Source: an uncultured Spirochaetota bacterium
GTDB lineage: Bacteria > Spirochaetota > Spirochaetia > SZUA-6 > Fen-1364
Direction: 5' to 3'
NCBI GenBank assembly: GCA_963734545.1
Contig: CAVTHO010000005.1
Location: forward strand, 352,001-416,000
DNA: 64,000 nucleotides
Part shown: positions 19,638-31,303 of the stretch, in pieces
How the letters are laid out: each line of letters begins with the position of its first letter
Position numbering within the stretch: the stretch's first letter is position 1
Notes under the pieces: generated by a model
The model's input: the letters and a program-made list of their open reading frames with translations, nothing else
Database searches by the model: none
Told to the model about the DNA's origin: nothing
Translations under genes and position numbers: made by a program

Positions 19638-20531
19638 ATGGGCATGACCGACATACTTCTTCTCCTGGGGCTTTCCGCCATCTGGGGGAGCTCGTTCATC
19701 TTCATGAGGTACCTCGCTCCCCTCATCGGCCCCGTGGCAACCGCGGACATGAGAATGCTCCTGGCAGGGGTCGTCCTGGCCCTGTTCTTCCTTGCGCTCC
19801 GATTCAAGTCGGACTGGAGGAAAAACTGGCGGCACTTTCTCGTGATCGGGCTCGTGAACTCTGCCATACCCTTTGTCCTCTACTCCATTGCCGCCTTGTA
19901 CCTGCCGGCCGCCATGGAGGCGATATTCAACTCCATGTCCCCGATGTTCGGCGCGCTTTTCGCGGCCCTGTGGCTCGGGGAAAAGCTGACGCCGCGAAAA
20001 ATCGTCGGGCTCATCCTCGGCATTGCGGGAGTGGCGGTGATGAGCAGCCTCGGCAACCTGCCCGCGAATCTTGAAACGACCCTTGCGATCCTGGCCTGCC
20101 TCCTGGCGCCGATGTGCTATGGCCTGGCCGGCGTCTACATCAAGAAGCGGGCGGCCGGCGTGAAGCCCCTGGCAATCGCCGGGGGAAGCCAGCTCCTGGG
20201 CGGTCTCGCGCTGATGCCTTTCCTGCTGGTTTCCCCCGTCACCGTGTCCGCCCTCAGCGCCCGGGTCGTCCTCCTGATCGCGGTGTTCGCCCTGCTGTGC
20301 AGCGCCCTGGCATACGTGATCTACTACAAGCTGATTGCCGATGTGGGTCCGACCCGGGCGCTGACGGTGACGTTCCTGATTCCTGTCTTCGGGATGTTCT
20401 GGGGGGTCCTGTTGATCGGAGAGCGGATCACCGTGAGCATGGTGGCGGGGGCGCTGATCATCCTGGCCGGAACTTTTCTTGTCACGGCCCCCCGCCGGAA
20501 GGCCGCGCTCAAGACGGAGAGGGCAGGCTGA
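19638..20531 (+). CDS. DMT/EamA-family transporter
   Basis: IWGSSFIFMR, SAIPF, about 10 TM helices, GERIT. Confidence 0.92.
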   Translation: MGMTDILLLLGLSAIWGSSFIFMRYLAPLIGPVATADMRMLLAGVVLALFFLALRFKSDWRKNWRHFLVIGLVNSAIPFVLYSIAALYLPAAMEAIFNSMSPMFGALFAALWLGEKLTPRKIVGLILGIAGVAVMSSLGNLPANLETTLAILACLLAPMCYGLAGVYIKKRAAGVKPLAIAGGSQLLGGLALMPFLLVSPVTVSALSARVVLLIAVFALLCSALAYVIYYKLIADVGPTRALTVTFLIPVFGMFWGVLLIGERITVSMVAGALIILAGTFLVTAPRRKAALKTERAG

Positions 20532-20565
20532 GTCGGGGAAGCCGCCACGCGCCGGGGCGTGCCGC

Positions 20566-20814
20566 TCAGAGGATGTCTTTGCGTTTCTGGTCGAACTCCT
20601 CCTTGTCGATCTCACCTTTGGCATAGCGCTCTTTGAGGATCGCGAGCGCCGAGCTGTCATTGGCGGACGAGCGCGATTGGTGCGCCAGGTAGCGGATGAG
20701 AAAAACGATGGCCGTCACGACCAGCGCCCAGAACACTATCATGACGATTGGCCCGACCCAGGACATCCAGGGCTGCATGTGACCGTAGCCGAACCTTCCC
20801 AGACCATACCACAT
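20566..20814 (-). CDS. SHOCT-domain membrane protein
   Basis: One TM then ALAILKERYAKGEIDKEEF. GAGGAG SD. Confidence 0.88.
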   Translation of the reverse strand: MWYGLGRFGYGHMQPWMSWVGPIVMIVFWALVVTAIVFLIRYLAHQSRSSANDSSALAILKERYAKGEIDKEEFDQKRKDIL

Positions 20815-20913
20815 AGCGGACTCCTCGTGCTCAATCATAACGGACAGGGACCGGAGAGGCCAGTTAAGTTACCTTAATCCGCCCATAACAGAACGATAAC
20901 GGGTGACAGGCGG

Positions 20914-22453
20914 CTAGTGCGGCTCCCCGGCGCGCCTTATTGCGCGGACCGTGGAGAAGTAAGCGGCGATCCTCTGGCCGGACAGGAGATGCGTGGAGAA
21001 AAGGGATTCCTCCAGGACCTCGGTGACAAGGGTGAGCTCACCGCTCTTGTCCGGGAAGAGAGCGGCGAGCCGGGAACTGTATTCACGCGGGGCATCGAAT
21101 CCGCGGCACGGTACGCCTCGGCTCTCCCCCCACTCGAGCAGCTGCACCCAGGCCCTGAGGACCCTGCTCGTCTGAAGCCTCTTTCTCCGCGGCAGGGCGT
21201 GGGAAGCAAGGCCGTACGCCGCGGTTCGCGCGTCATTCTCCGCGTCATCGCTTCTCCTTTTCGGGCCGTCGCGGCCCACGGAGGCCAGCCAGGTGCGAAT
21301 GCGGCGCGCGAGCCGGCGGCAGGCGCGGACAAAATCGTCCAGCTTGCGGCGGATGAAGTCGACCAGGCTGCGTTTGCGCACGCTGGCCAGGAAGTCCTCA
21401 GAGAGCAGCGGGGAGACCAGAAAGAAGTAGAGCCCCAGGATGAGCGTGATGCGTATCAGCCGGCCCAGGATGAAGAGAAAGAGAAGGAAAAGCGGGGTGG
21501 GCGAAGCGCCGGAGATCGTGCGGGTCATTTCCGCATACCGCTGCTGCTGTTCGAGGATGGTGCGCACGGGATCGAGGAGACTCCAGATCGGTATTGCAGG
21601 GAATGAGCGGAAGAGTCTTTCCAGAAGAGCCAGAAGCGCCGCAAGGGGAAGGGGGGCATCGTTGCGCGAGAGAAGCAGGACGAGCGGAATACTCACCAGC
21701 GGCATTGCGACGATGGTTCCCAGCCGGGACCATTGGAACCGGGCCGGCACAACGATCCCCTCGCCCAGGAGAAGCTGATCCTGCACGTACATGTTCATGG
21801 TTCCCGTGACCAGGAAGCCGAAGAACGCGTGGGAGGCGGCGAGGACCGGCGCCGCCAATCGCATGGGGACTTTCAATGCGGCTGCGAAGAGCAGCAGAAT
21901 GAAAATCACGGCCTGGAAGAGAGCCTCGACGAGCTTGACCGCGCGGAGGGAACGGGCGGAGATCTCCGCCTGCAGGGAGGCGTCCCGAAGGGCGTGGAGC
22001 ATCTCCTCGCCCTTCCTGCCGGCAATCGGCGCTGAGGAGGATCTCCCTTTCCCGCAGGCATCGGTGCAGGGCCCACACGCACATCCACTGCGCAAGGGTG
22101 AGGCCGAGCGGGTAGACGAAATCGACGTGCGCGAGCACCACCCTTTGGGTCTGGATGCCCCGCAGCGCGGCAAGGGCGAGCCATACGACGACCATGACAG
22201 CCAGAAGCTCCCTGAGACGCGCCAGGATCCCCGCGCGTTCCACGAACAGGACGTTCGCCGTGACGGCCTCTTCGGCGCCGACGGCAAGGAGAACCAGGAA
22301 GAACAGCGGCGAGGGAAATGCCAGCGTGGGGAGGATGCTGCGGGCAATCGAATCCAGACAAAGGAGGAAGAGAGAGGGAATGGAGATCGCGATCAGCGGG
22401 TGGACCGTGGAACGATGGAGGCGCAGGTAGCCGTCAGTGATCGATGAGCTCAT
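20914..22453 (-). CDS. DUF4129-domain membrane protein, frameshifted near 22030
   Basis: N-half in ORF 21398..22525, C-half (APREYSSRL, EESLFS) in ORF 20914..22347. Third gene of a MoxR-DUF58 operon. Confidence 0.65.
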
Positions 22454-23603
22454 TGCCATATTCTGAAACGACAAAGAGGGGAAACTCGCTCGTCGGGAGC
22501 TCCCGTCTGGCCGGGGAGTCCCCACCCATGAGGAACAGTTCGACCGTATTCCCTTTCTGTTTCACCTCCCGCAGGAATGCATGCTGCACGTCCGTCAGCA
22601 GAGGGGTGATCACCTTTATCTGCGTGCGGACGGGGATGTCCACGCCGGACGCGTACAGAAGGCGCGTGAAATCACCGGTGGCGCGGGAAACATCCATGCG
22701 CGCGAGCATCTCCAATATTGCCGCCGCGTGGCCCGCCGCTCCGCTGATGCGCGCAATCGGCATTCCCCCTTCTCCCTTCATGGAGCCGGAGGCGATCAGT
22801 CCGATCTCCTGACCAAGGGAGAAGAAGTGCATGACCAGGGAAGCAGCCATGACCGCGGCCCGCTCCACCCAGAGAGAGCGGAACCGAAAGGGATAGTCCT
22901 CACTGTTCATGTTCATCAGGATCAGCACGGGAGCGAAAAGGAAGGGGACATACTCCATGGTGTGCAGGCTCCCCAGTCGGGCGGAAACCTTCCAGCTTAT
23001 CTTGCGCGCATCGTCGCCCGGCACGTACTCGCGAAGCGAGCGGTAGCGCGTGAGGTCCTCGTACAGCCGATCCTGGCTGCGCACGTTTCCTGCCGGCAGG
23101 CCGGACGACAGCGGCAGTCGGAGGGGAAGCACCTCGGGATAGATGATCAGCCGCTCGATCTCGCCGTAGGACCGCCTCCACGGGAAAAAGCCCAGGGGAT
23201 CGGAGCCGAGGAGAGCCGCCGGTCCGACGGAGTATTCGCCCCTGTGCTGGCTTTCGATCGTGTAGGAGATCCTTCGCTTCTCCCAGGGGCGGAGTCGAAT
23301 GACGAACTTGCCCGGTTCACGCGAGAACAGGGGGCCGATCGTGTCGATCAGGCTGACTCCCGGCACGGGGAACGGGCTCCTGTTCTCGACGGTCAGCACG
23401 ATCTGGATCGGATCGAATCGATGCGCGCGGAGAAGGAGATCGTGACGCCGCACAACCAGGGCCCCGGCCAGGAGACGGGAATGCGCAAACGAGAGACCGA
23501 GCACGGCGAGATAGAGAAGAGAAATGATCTGGAGAATCCGGAAGGGGAAGAACAGGAGGACCGAGAGGAGAAAGAGCGAGAGCGGCAGCCGAATCGTCTT
23601 CAC
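22434..23603 (-). CDS. DUF58-domain protein
   Basis: RGEYSVGP..SDPLGFF, SLREYVPGDDARKISWKVSAR. Confidence 0.9.
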   Translation of the reverse strand: MKTIRLPLSLFLLSVLLFFPFRILQIISLLYLAVLGLSFAHSRLLAGALVVRRHDLLLRAHRFDPIQIVLTVENRSPFPVPGVSLIDTIGPLFSREPGKFVIRLRPWEKRRISYTIESQHRGEYSVGPAALLGSDPLGFFPWRRSYGEIERLIIYPEVLPLRLPLSSGLPAGNVRSQDRLYEDLTRYRSLREYVPGDDARKISWKVSARLGSLHTMEYVPFLFAPVLILMNMNSEDYPFRFRSLWVERAAVMAASLVMHFFSLGQEIGLIASGSMKGEGGMPIARISGAAGHAAAILEMLARMDVSRATGDFTRLLYASGVDIPVRTQIKVITPLLTDVQHAFLREVKQKGNTVELFLMGGDSPARRELPTSEFPLFVVSEYGNELIDH

Positions 23604-24553
23604 TTCTCGACTTTGACCACCGGCACTTCGACCGACTCGCTCACGTCCCGGAGAATTTCCTCGGCGGTGATTCCCTTCACCATGGACTCGGGCCTCAGGA
23701 TCACCCTCTTGATGCAGGCCGGCAGCAGCATCTCCTTGACGTCCTCCGGAATAACGTAGTCACGGCCCCGAATGGCGGCAAGGGCCTGGGCGCTCTTGTA
23801 GAGGGCAAGGGAGCCCCGCGGGGAAATCCCGAGCCTCAGCCGCGGCTCGCGGCGGGTCACGGTGGACAGGTCGAGAATGTAGTCGCGTACGGCAGGGCTC
23901 ACGTGGACCTGGACGACCGCTTCCTGCATCTCCCGCACAGCCGGGAGATGCGTGACCGCCTCGACGTCGAAGACCGGGTGCGTGGTCCGGCGCTGGCTCT
24001 CCAGGATCTCCGCCTCCGCGCGTCGATCGGGGTAGCCGATCCTCAGCGCCAGCAGGAACCGGTCTTTCTGCGCCTCGGGCAGGGGGAACGTGCCCTCGAA
24101 CTCCACGGGATTTTCCGTTGCCATGAGAAAGAACGGATCGGGCAGCGGGATGCGGTTTCCGTCAATGCTGATCTGGTTTTCGGCCATCGCCTCCAGGAGC
24201 GCTGACTGCGTGCGGGGCGTGGCGCGGTTGATCTCGTCGACCAGAACGACGTTTGAGAGGATGGGGCCTTCACGGAAGGAGAACTCGCCTGTCTTGGGAT
24301 TATAGACCGACACTCCCAGAATGTCCGCCGGCAGAAGGTCGGGAGTGCACTGAACGCGTTTGAAGGTCCCGCCGAGGCTCTGGCCGATGGCGCGCGCCGC
24401 GATTGTTTTTCCCACGCCCGGCACGTCCTCGATGAGCACGTGTCCCCTGCAGAGGAGGGCAACGAGCAGCTTTTCCACCACGTCGCCCTTGCCGTAGAAG
24501 GCTCTTTCCGTGGACTTCCTGATCAACTCCGACCACTCGCGGACTTTTTTCAC
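23600..24553 (-). CDS. moxR: MoxR-family AAA+ ATPase
   Basis: LIEDVPGVGKT, QCTPDLLPAD, DEINRATPRTQSALLEAM, GTFPLPEAQKDRF. Confidence 0.95.
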   Translation of the reverse strand: MKKVREWSELIRKSTERAFYGKGDVVEKLLVALLCRGHVLIEDVPGVGKTIAARAIGQSLGGTFKRVQCTPDLLPADILGVSVYNPKTGEFSFREGPILSNVVLVDEINRATPRTQSALLEAMAENQISIDGNRIPLPDPFFLMATENPVEFEGTFPLPEAQKDRFLLALRIGYPDRRAEAEILESQRRTTHPVFDVEAVTHLPAVREMQEAVVQVHVSPAVRDYILDLSTVTRREPRLRLGISPRGSLALYKSAQALAAIRGRDYVIPEDVKEMLLPACIKRVILRPESMVKGITAEEILRDVSESVEVPVVKVEK

Positions 24554-24581
24554 CCCTGGTTCTCCCCTCTCCTTCTGTCCC

Positions 24582-25992
24582 TCACATCTCGAACATCTTT
24601 CCCGGATTAAGAACCCCGTCGGGATCCAGCGCGTTCTTGATGGCCCGGAGGGTGGACAGGTGCGCGGGGCTGAGATTCCGGAGGAAATACGCGCGCCGGG
24701 AGAGGCCGATTCCATGCTCGCCCGAGATGACGCCCCCGCGGCCGACCACGTCGCTGTAGATCGCCTCCCTTGTCCTGTCGAGTCTCTCCCGCCAGTCCGG
24801 CAGGTCCGGGCCGACGATCCCGTCCACGAGCAGGCCGCGGAGAAAATGCGTGTGCACGTTTCCGTCAGCCGCGTGGCCGAATGTCGGCAGCGAGACGCCG
24901 AGCCGGACTTCCAGATCGTGCACGAGGCCAACGTGCGCGGCGATCTCCGACCTCGGCACGCAGACATCGAACAACTCAGCAGTCGCCGCCCTGACTCCTT
25001 CGTAGAGCATGCTGCGCAGTTCGAGGATCTCCGCCTGCCTGCTCTTCTGGTCCGTGAGGAGCACATCAAGGGCGCCGGCGGTCTCCAGCACAGCGCCGAT
25101 GGATTCGGCCTGGGCGAGCGTGTCCGCCTCGTCGCGGCCGTCGACGATGATCATGAGCGATGCGTCGCCCTCACGTGCCGGCCACGTCTTGTTCAAAAGA
25201 CGTTCTGCGGCCCGCATGACGGAGTTCTCCACGAACTCGACGGCGCACGGCAGAATCCCCCTGGCCAGAATGGCGGGAACTGCTTCGATTGCCTGCCGGC
25301 TGGTGGGAAAAGGTGCGACGATCGTCTGGATGGACCCCACCGGCGGGAGGAGCCCGAGGGTGATCCGGGTGATCACTCCCAGGGTACCTTCGGACCCGAT
25401 CATGAGGTCCATGAGGTGGTAGCCTGAGCTGGACTTGATGTACTTGCCGCCCAGGTCGAGGACCTCCCCGCTGGCAAGCACGACCTGAAGGCCGAGCACG
25501 AAACGCCGCACGGTGCCGTACTTTACCGCGCGCGCTCCTCCGGCATTGGCGGCCACCGCTCCGCCGACAAAAGCCCCCTCGTCTCCGGGGTGCGGGGGGA
25601 AATAAAGGGACATGTTCTGCACTTCCTCATAGAGCCTTTTCAGGCTCACCCCTGCCTGCACGGTGATCGTGAGGTTCGCGCGGGTCGGCGTCGATTACGC
25701 GATCGAGGAGCTCCATGGAAAGGACGATTCCCCCGGGAGAAGCGATGCACCCCCCGACGAGACCCGTGCCGCCTCCGCGTACCGTGAGCGGGACCTTCTC
25801 GCTGCGGCAGAGCCTGACGAGAGCGGCAACCTCCCGCTCATCGGCGGGCTTCACGACCGCCTCGGGCAGCGCGCCGGAGGGGTCGCGCATGAACTCGTCG
25901 TGTCCATACGGCTCGACTGCGTCAGCGTCCGTGAGCACACGGTCTCCCGCAATCTCCCGTGCTTTCTCCCACCATGATGAGCGGAGCGGCAT
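24582..25992 (-). CDS. FAD-linked oxidase (GlcD/D-lactate dehydrogenase family), frameshifted near 25680
   Basis: RGGGTGLVGG in the 5' part; IGSEGTLG, GHAADGNVH, SGEHGIG, LNPGK in the 3' part. Confidence 0.88.
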
Positions 25993-26016
25993 TGCTCCTC
26001 CTTACGGGTGAGCGGC

Positions 26017-26943
26017 TTACACTTCGATCGTCGTGCCCTCCTGGGCAACGGTGACCTTCATGCTTGTTTTCCCCTTGAGCGTCGCGACATATGCGCGATG
26101 CAGGCCCGCCAGCTCCCGATCGGTGCGCAGGGGCTCATGATGGAAGAGCACGAGATGCTTGACGCCCGCCTTGTGCGCGGCGCCTATGGCCCATCCGAAA
26201 TAGCTGTGGCCCCACCCGATCTTCCCCGCAAAGTATTCCTTTCTCGTGTACTGGGTGTCATGGACGAGCAGATCAGCCCCCTCGAAGAACTTCTGAACCT
26301 TCTCGTTCTCCTCCCGGGCGGCAAGCTCACCCTCCTTGACCGCGGCCGCGTCGTAGCTCGGATCCTCGGGGCTGATGTCGAAGAAGTTGCGGTACGGCTC
26401 GTGATCGTACGCCGTGCAGAAGACTTTCCCCTGGAACTCGAACCTGTATCCGAGCACGAGGATGGGGTGATTCAGGTACTTGGTGGTGACCGTCAGGCCG
26501 CCTCCGAGATCGAGGCTTCCTTCCTTGAGCGAGATGTATTCGATTTTCGCGCTCAGCTCCTCCAGCCGCACGGGAAAATAGCGGTAGCGAAGCTGTTCTC
26601 CCACTATCTTCTCCAGCGTGTCATCTTCGTAAGAGACGGGACCGTAGATGTCCAGCTCCGTTGTCGGGATGAAGATGGGCGTGAAGAAGGGGAAGCCCAT
26701 GATGTGGTCGAAGTGGGTATGCGTCAGGAATACCTTGGTCTTGATGGGGCCCCGGGGGAAGTCCTTCTTCATGATGTGCCCGGCCAGCTCCCGCACACCC
26801 GAGCCCAGGTCGAGGACGATCAGCCTGTCCTCTTCCCCGAAGCGCAGCTCGAGGCATGAGGTGTTGCCGCCGTACTTCACCGTGGTGGGGCCGGGCACCG
26901 GGATCGAGCCGCGCACCCCCCAGAAGGTCAAGCGGATGGCCAC
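26017..26943 (-). CDS. MBL-fold metallo-hydrolase (phosphodiesterase-like)
   Basis: WGVRGSIP..YGGNTSC, THTHFDH, GWGHS, LFHHEP. Confidence 0.9.
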   Translation of the reverse strand: MAIRLTFWGVRGSIPVPGPTTVKYGGNTSCLELRFGEEDRLIVLDLGSGVRELAGHIMKKDFPRGPIKTKVFLTHTHFDHIMGFPFFTPIFIPTTELDIYGPVSYEDDTLEKIVGEQLRYRYFPVRLEELSAKIEYISLKEGSLDLGGGLTVTTKYLNHPILVLGYRFEFQGKVFCTAYDHEPYRNFFDISPEDPSYDAAAVKEGELAAREENEKVQKFFEGADLLVHDTQYTRKEYFAGKIGWGHSYFGWAIGAAHKAGVKHLVLFHHEPLRTDRELAGLHRAYVATLKGKTSMKVTVAQEGTTIEV

Positions 26944-26953
26944 GCCGGTGCTC

Positions 26954-27826
26954 CTACTGGGACACGCTCAGAAAGATCTTGGCCTTGTCGATCTCGCTGT
27001 TGGCTTTCTCCTCGACAGCCTCCAGATCATCCAGGGTGATGCCGAGCTCTTCGAATACGCTCGGGGAAAGCTTCTCCGGGTAGCGGTCACCCGAGAACCC
27101 GATCTGGTAGGTGTTGGCGAAGAAGTTCGCCGCCGCCACGGTGAGAAGCACTTCCCGGTGCGTGCCCGGGTAGGCATCGAGGAAGTGATGGAAGAAAACG
27201 ACGTCCTCCATGACGGGGCCAAGGTTCCAGTTCTTGATGATGAGCCTGCCCACCTCGCAGTGATTGACCTCCATGGTGCGCTCCTCCAGGAGGTACAGGG
27301 GAGCGTGCTCCTTGTCTGTAAGGGAAAGGGCAGTCACGTACTCAGCCGACAGCTTGTTGTTCAGCGGGATCTTGCCGATGTCGTGCAGGAGCCCGGCCAC
27401 GAAGTACTCCTCGAGCTGCTTGGGGTCCTTCCTGCGTTTGACGGCAATGAGCTTGGCGGTCACCCCCACGCAGAGGGAATGACGCCAGAATCCGTCGATG
27501 TTCAGCGCCTGGAAACTGCCCTTCTTGGCGAGCTGACCGAGGACCGCGGTGGACAGGGCGAGATTCTTCACCGTGTTGATCCCCAGCATGATGATAGCGC
27601 GCACCAGGCTGGTGATCTGGGTGTTCAGGCTGTAGTAGGCGGAGTTGATGAGCTTCATCACGCGGCCCATGAGCACCGGGTCCAGGCTGATGACCTGGTT
27701 GAGATCTGAAGGGGAGGTCTTGGGGTCATTGGCGATCTGGAGGATCTTGGACACCGTGATGGGCAGGCTGGGCATCTTGGCGATGTAGGTCTGAATGATG
27801 GCGAGGACCCGATCTTTATCCTGCAT
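26954..27826 (-). CDS. HDOD-domain protein
   Basis: MPSLP, DPVLMGRVMKLINSAYY, FWRHS, AGLLHDIGK. Confidence 0.92.
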   Translation of the reverse strand: MQDKDRVLAIIQTYIAKMPSLPITVSKILQIANDPKTSPSDLNQVISLDPVLMGRVMKLINSAYYSLNTQITSLVRAIIMLGINTVKNLALSTAVLGQLAKKGSFQALNIDGFWRHSLCVGVTAKLIAVKRRKDPKQLEEYFVAGLLHDIGKIPLNNKLSAEYVTALSLTDKEHAPLYLLEERTMEVNHCEVGRLIIKNWNLGPVMEDVVFFHHFLDAYPGTHREVLLTVAAANFFANTYQIGFSGDRYPEKLSPSVFEELGITLDDLEAVEEKANSEIDKAKIFLSVSQ

Positions 27827-27829
27827 ACC

Positions 27830-30800
27830 CTATTTCAGACTCCCCATCTGGGCGACGACAGACTCGATCCGCTCTCTCATTGCCGCGGCCACCGCCTTGT
27901 CCGGGTGCCACGCTGAAAGGTCCTTGAGGTAAGAAAACGTGTCGACGATCAGGGAGCGCGTCATGGGCTCTTTCCTGTGAGGGACAACCGGCAGGAAGTC
28001 TTCTGCGATCTTTTGTCGCAACCCTTTTTTCCCCGCCAGCTGCGCCTTGAGGGACTCCATGGCAAGGCGCTCATTGCTCCCCCGAAACCGTTTCTTGTCG
28101 CGTTCGGGAAGATAATCTGACAGTTTTTCCAGATAGTCAAGGAGATCGCCGGGGTGTGAACGCGCTGCCCCGCCCTTGTCCAGCTTGTCCCGCACGCCAT
28201 CCAGGTAGTCGCGAAGCTCCTGGCGCACATCCTCGCCGGTGCGGGGGGATTTTCCGGGTTCGCGCGTCGGAACAGGCTCCGTCGGCAGGAGCGGCTCTTC
28301 TTCCGGTTCCTCCCGCGCAACCGGCGCCCGGGGCGCGGGAGATACCGGGGATTGAGCGCGCCGGGGTGCTGCCGGTTGCGGCGCCGGCCGCGGCGCAGCC
28401 GGGGCAGAAGGCGCAGGTGTGCGAGCTGCTCGCGCGGGCGGTCTGGAGGCGGGGCGCCGAGCCGCGGGTGGTTGAGCCGCCTGCGCGGGCGGCCTCGGCG
28501 CGGGACTGGCAGGCCCAGGCCGCCTCCCTGCTGCCGGTGAGGGCTGGAGCGCCGCGGTCCCGGTCGCGCGACGTTGTGCCTGCCGTTGCGTAGTCGGTTG
28601 CGGTTCGGGAGGCCTGTCCGACGTCGGTTCGGTCTCCGGCTCCAGGGACAGCGGCTCCGGCTCCAGGGACAGCGGCTCCGGCTCCAGGGATAGCGGCTCC
28701 GGCTCCAGGGATAGTGGCTTCGGCTCCAGAGACGGCGGCTCCGGCTCTAGTGACAACGGCTCTGTCTCCATGGGCAGCGGCTCTGTCTCCATGGGCAGCG
28801 GCTCCGTCTCCAGTGACAACGGCTCCGGGTCCCATTCGACCTCGGGCTCCGGCTCGGACACGGAAAAGGGCTCCAGGACGAGCCCGCCCGCCTGTGAAGA
28901 CTCGCGCTTCGCGGGCATTTCGCTCTGCACGAAATCGCTGCGCCTGCGTCTCGGGGGCCGCTCCGGCTCCTCCTCCGCCAGGTCCGCCGCCGCGTACCGG
29001 GGGAGGCCTTCGGATTGCGGCGTCGCTGCCGGCGCATCCACAACGATCGGCCTCAGGGGAGCGGGGCCGGCCTGCATGGCCTCGGGCCGCGGCATGTTCA
29101 CGATAATGGGGGGCGCCTGTGGAGGGTACTGGCTCTTCTCATCGACCTTGCGGGAGAGGGACTTCATTTCGTCGAGCAGCTTGTCGACGATTTTCGACTG
29201 TGCCGCTGCTGATTCCTTCAGCGAATTGGCAATCAGGGACTCGGTCTGGGGGGACAGGGTAAGCTGAGACTGCTGCGGGGGCTGCACAGCCTGCGGGGAC
29301 GGGGCAGGCGGAGGGGACGGCGCGGCCGGGGCCGGGGCGCCGGCAAGGGGGGCTGCATCTGATAGGGCTGCGGCGAGAACGCCGGGGGCGCGCCCATGAG
29401 CGCGGGTCCCTGCTGCCCCCAGGCCTGCTGCGAGGGAAGCTGCGGCTGCGGCTCGAACATCTGCAGGGCAGGATTCTCTTCATAGAGCTCCTGGTCCTTC
29501 AGGAGGTTCACCAGGTTGGGCGGCCGCTCGTCCTCGATGGAGACCGATTCCTCCGGGATCGATTCGTCGACCTCCTCCAGCTGCAGCTCTTCGTCCGTTT
29601 CCCGCACGGCGAAGACGGGCTCCATTCCTCCCACGTTGATGATCGGGACCGCCTCTTCCTCCAGAGGCTCGATGTCCTCGATCATGATCGCATCATCTTC
29701 CGGCTTCACCCTTTCGGGCGGAGCGGATTCCACGGTGAGCTCCCTGAGCTTGCGGATGGTTTTCTCACGTTCGTCGCGGAAATCCTTCTCGTGTTCGGAG
29801 ATGGCCTGCTCGTATTCATCCATCGCCCGGCTGAGCGCTTCCATGTCCTGGGGATCCGCGCTCTGCTCGAGCCTGTTGATCAGACCTTCCATGGTGTCGA
29901 TGGCCTTCTGCGGCTCGCCCAGCTCGCGATAGAGTTTGGCCAGACGGGAGCTGGCATCCTTGTCCTCCGGAAACGCCTCCCGCACCTCGCTCAGGGTCTG
30001 CGCCGCCTGCCGAAGATGGCCCTGCTTGGTATAGATGTCCGCGAGGAGGATCCTTGCCCGCGGGTCGTCCGGCTTCGCGGAGAGATAGCGCTTCACCTCT
30101 TCGTGTGCCCGGGCAGTATCACCAGATTCCTTCCAGAGGAACGCGCGGTCCAGCCGGAAGTCGTGGTCCTCGCCGCCGAGCGCCTCGAGCTTTTCGAAGC
30201 ACTCCAGCGCTTTTCTCTTTTCTCCCGCCCTTTCGTACGTCACGGCGAGCCCTTTGAGAGCTTCCCGTGTGCGCCGGCTGCGCGCCGAGGAGCGCCGTGT
30301 ATTGTTTGATTGCCTCGGGGAAATTCTCCAGTCCGCGAAGGATGCCGGCGAGACGCAGGCGCGCCTCTCCGTTGCCCGGCTCCATGGACAGCAGTCGGTT
30401 CAGCTCCTCCATCGCTTCGGTCAGCCTGCCGTCGCGCTCCAGAAGCGAAGCGAGGTTCTCCACCGCCTGCGCGTAGTGAGGGTCGGCCTTCATGGAATGG
30501 CGATACGCCTCGGCCGCCTCTTCCCGCCTGCCCTGTGCCGCCATCACGACGCCGAGGTTGTTCAGCGCCCGTGCGTTTCGGGGATCCGTGCGCAGCGCCT
30601 CGCGGAGCGTCTTCTCGGCTGCGCGCTCATCTCCCAGGCCGTGCAGCGTGACGCCGAGATTGTTGAGGGCATCAGTCCAGCCCGGCTTGGCCCGCACGGC
30701 GGCATCGTATTCCTCGCGCGCTTCCTTGATCTTGCCGATCCGCTCGTACACGACGCCGAGGTTGTAATGCAGGCGCGGCTGGTTGCTGTCTGCCTGAAGC

Positions 30801-31303
30801 CCTTTCTGATAGGTGCGGATGGCGTCACCGTATCTGCCCGCCGCCTCCAGCACAGTGCCGAGATTGATATACGAAGCGACGAAAGTGGGATCCACCGCAA
30901 TGGCCTTCTGGAAATTCTCCTCGGCCAGCGCGTTGTTGGCGAGCGATTTGTAGACGTTGCCCAGGTTGTAGTACACGTCGCCGCGTCGGGGCGAGAGATT
31001 GATGGCTTTCTCGAAATGCGGGATGGCCTCACCGAACGACTGGATTCTCTTGAAGATCACACCCAGATTGTTGTGCGCCTCGGTGTAGTCGGGTTTGAGA
31101 TCCACCGCTTTCTGGAACAGCTCGATCGCCTTGCGGAACCTGCCGGTCTTTTCGCACACGCTTCCCAGGAGATTGTACGCCACCGGTGATTCGGGCAGGA
31201 CCTCCAGGATACGCATGGCCAGCTTCTCCACGAGCGTGAATTCACCCATTTTGAACGCATTGCGCGCCCGGGTGAGGATCTCCGCCGTGGTCATGGGCTT
31301 CAT
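27830..31303 (-). CDS. Large TPR protein (~1150 aa) with acidic/Pro-rich C-half; split by indels near 30265 and 29340
   Basis: Tandem TPRs (AYNLLG, AHNNLG, YYNLG, ALNNLG). The three ORF pieces join on removing one G and adding one C in homopolymer runs. Confidence 0.75.
28641..28829 (-). repeat. About nine 21-bp coding tandem repeats (PEPLSLE/TEPLPME)
   Basis: ggctccagggacagcggctcc-type units within the TPR protein. Confidence 0.9.

Noticed and set aside
17438-20074. Very long antisense ORFs (878 aa here; also 35545-37752, 38001-40604 and others)
   Set aside because: These are shadow frames of real genes in high-GC DNA, with no motifs or start signals.
24582-25992. Programmed frameshifting or pseudogene status for the split genes
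   Set aside because: No slippery heptamers, the breaks are scattered over unrelated genes, and there are no secondary lesions. Consistent with assembly indels.
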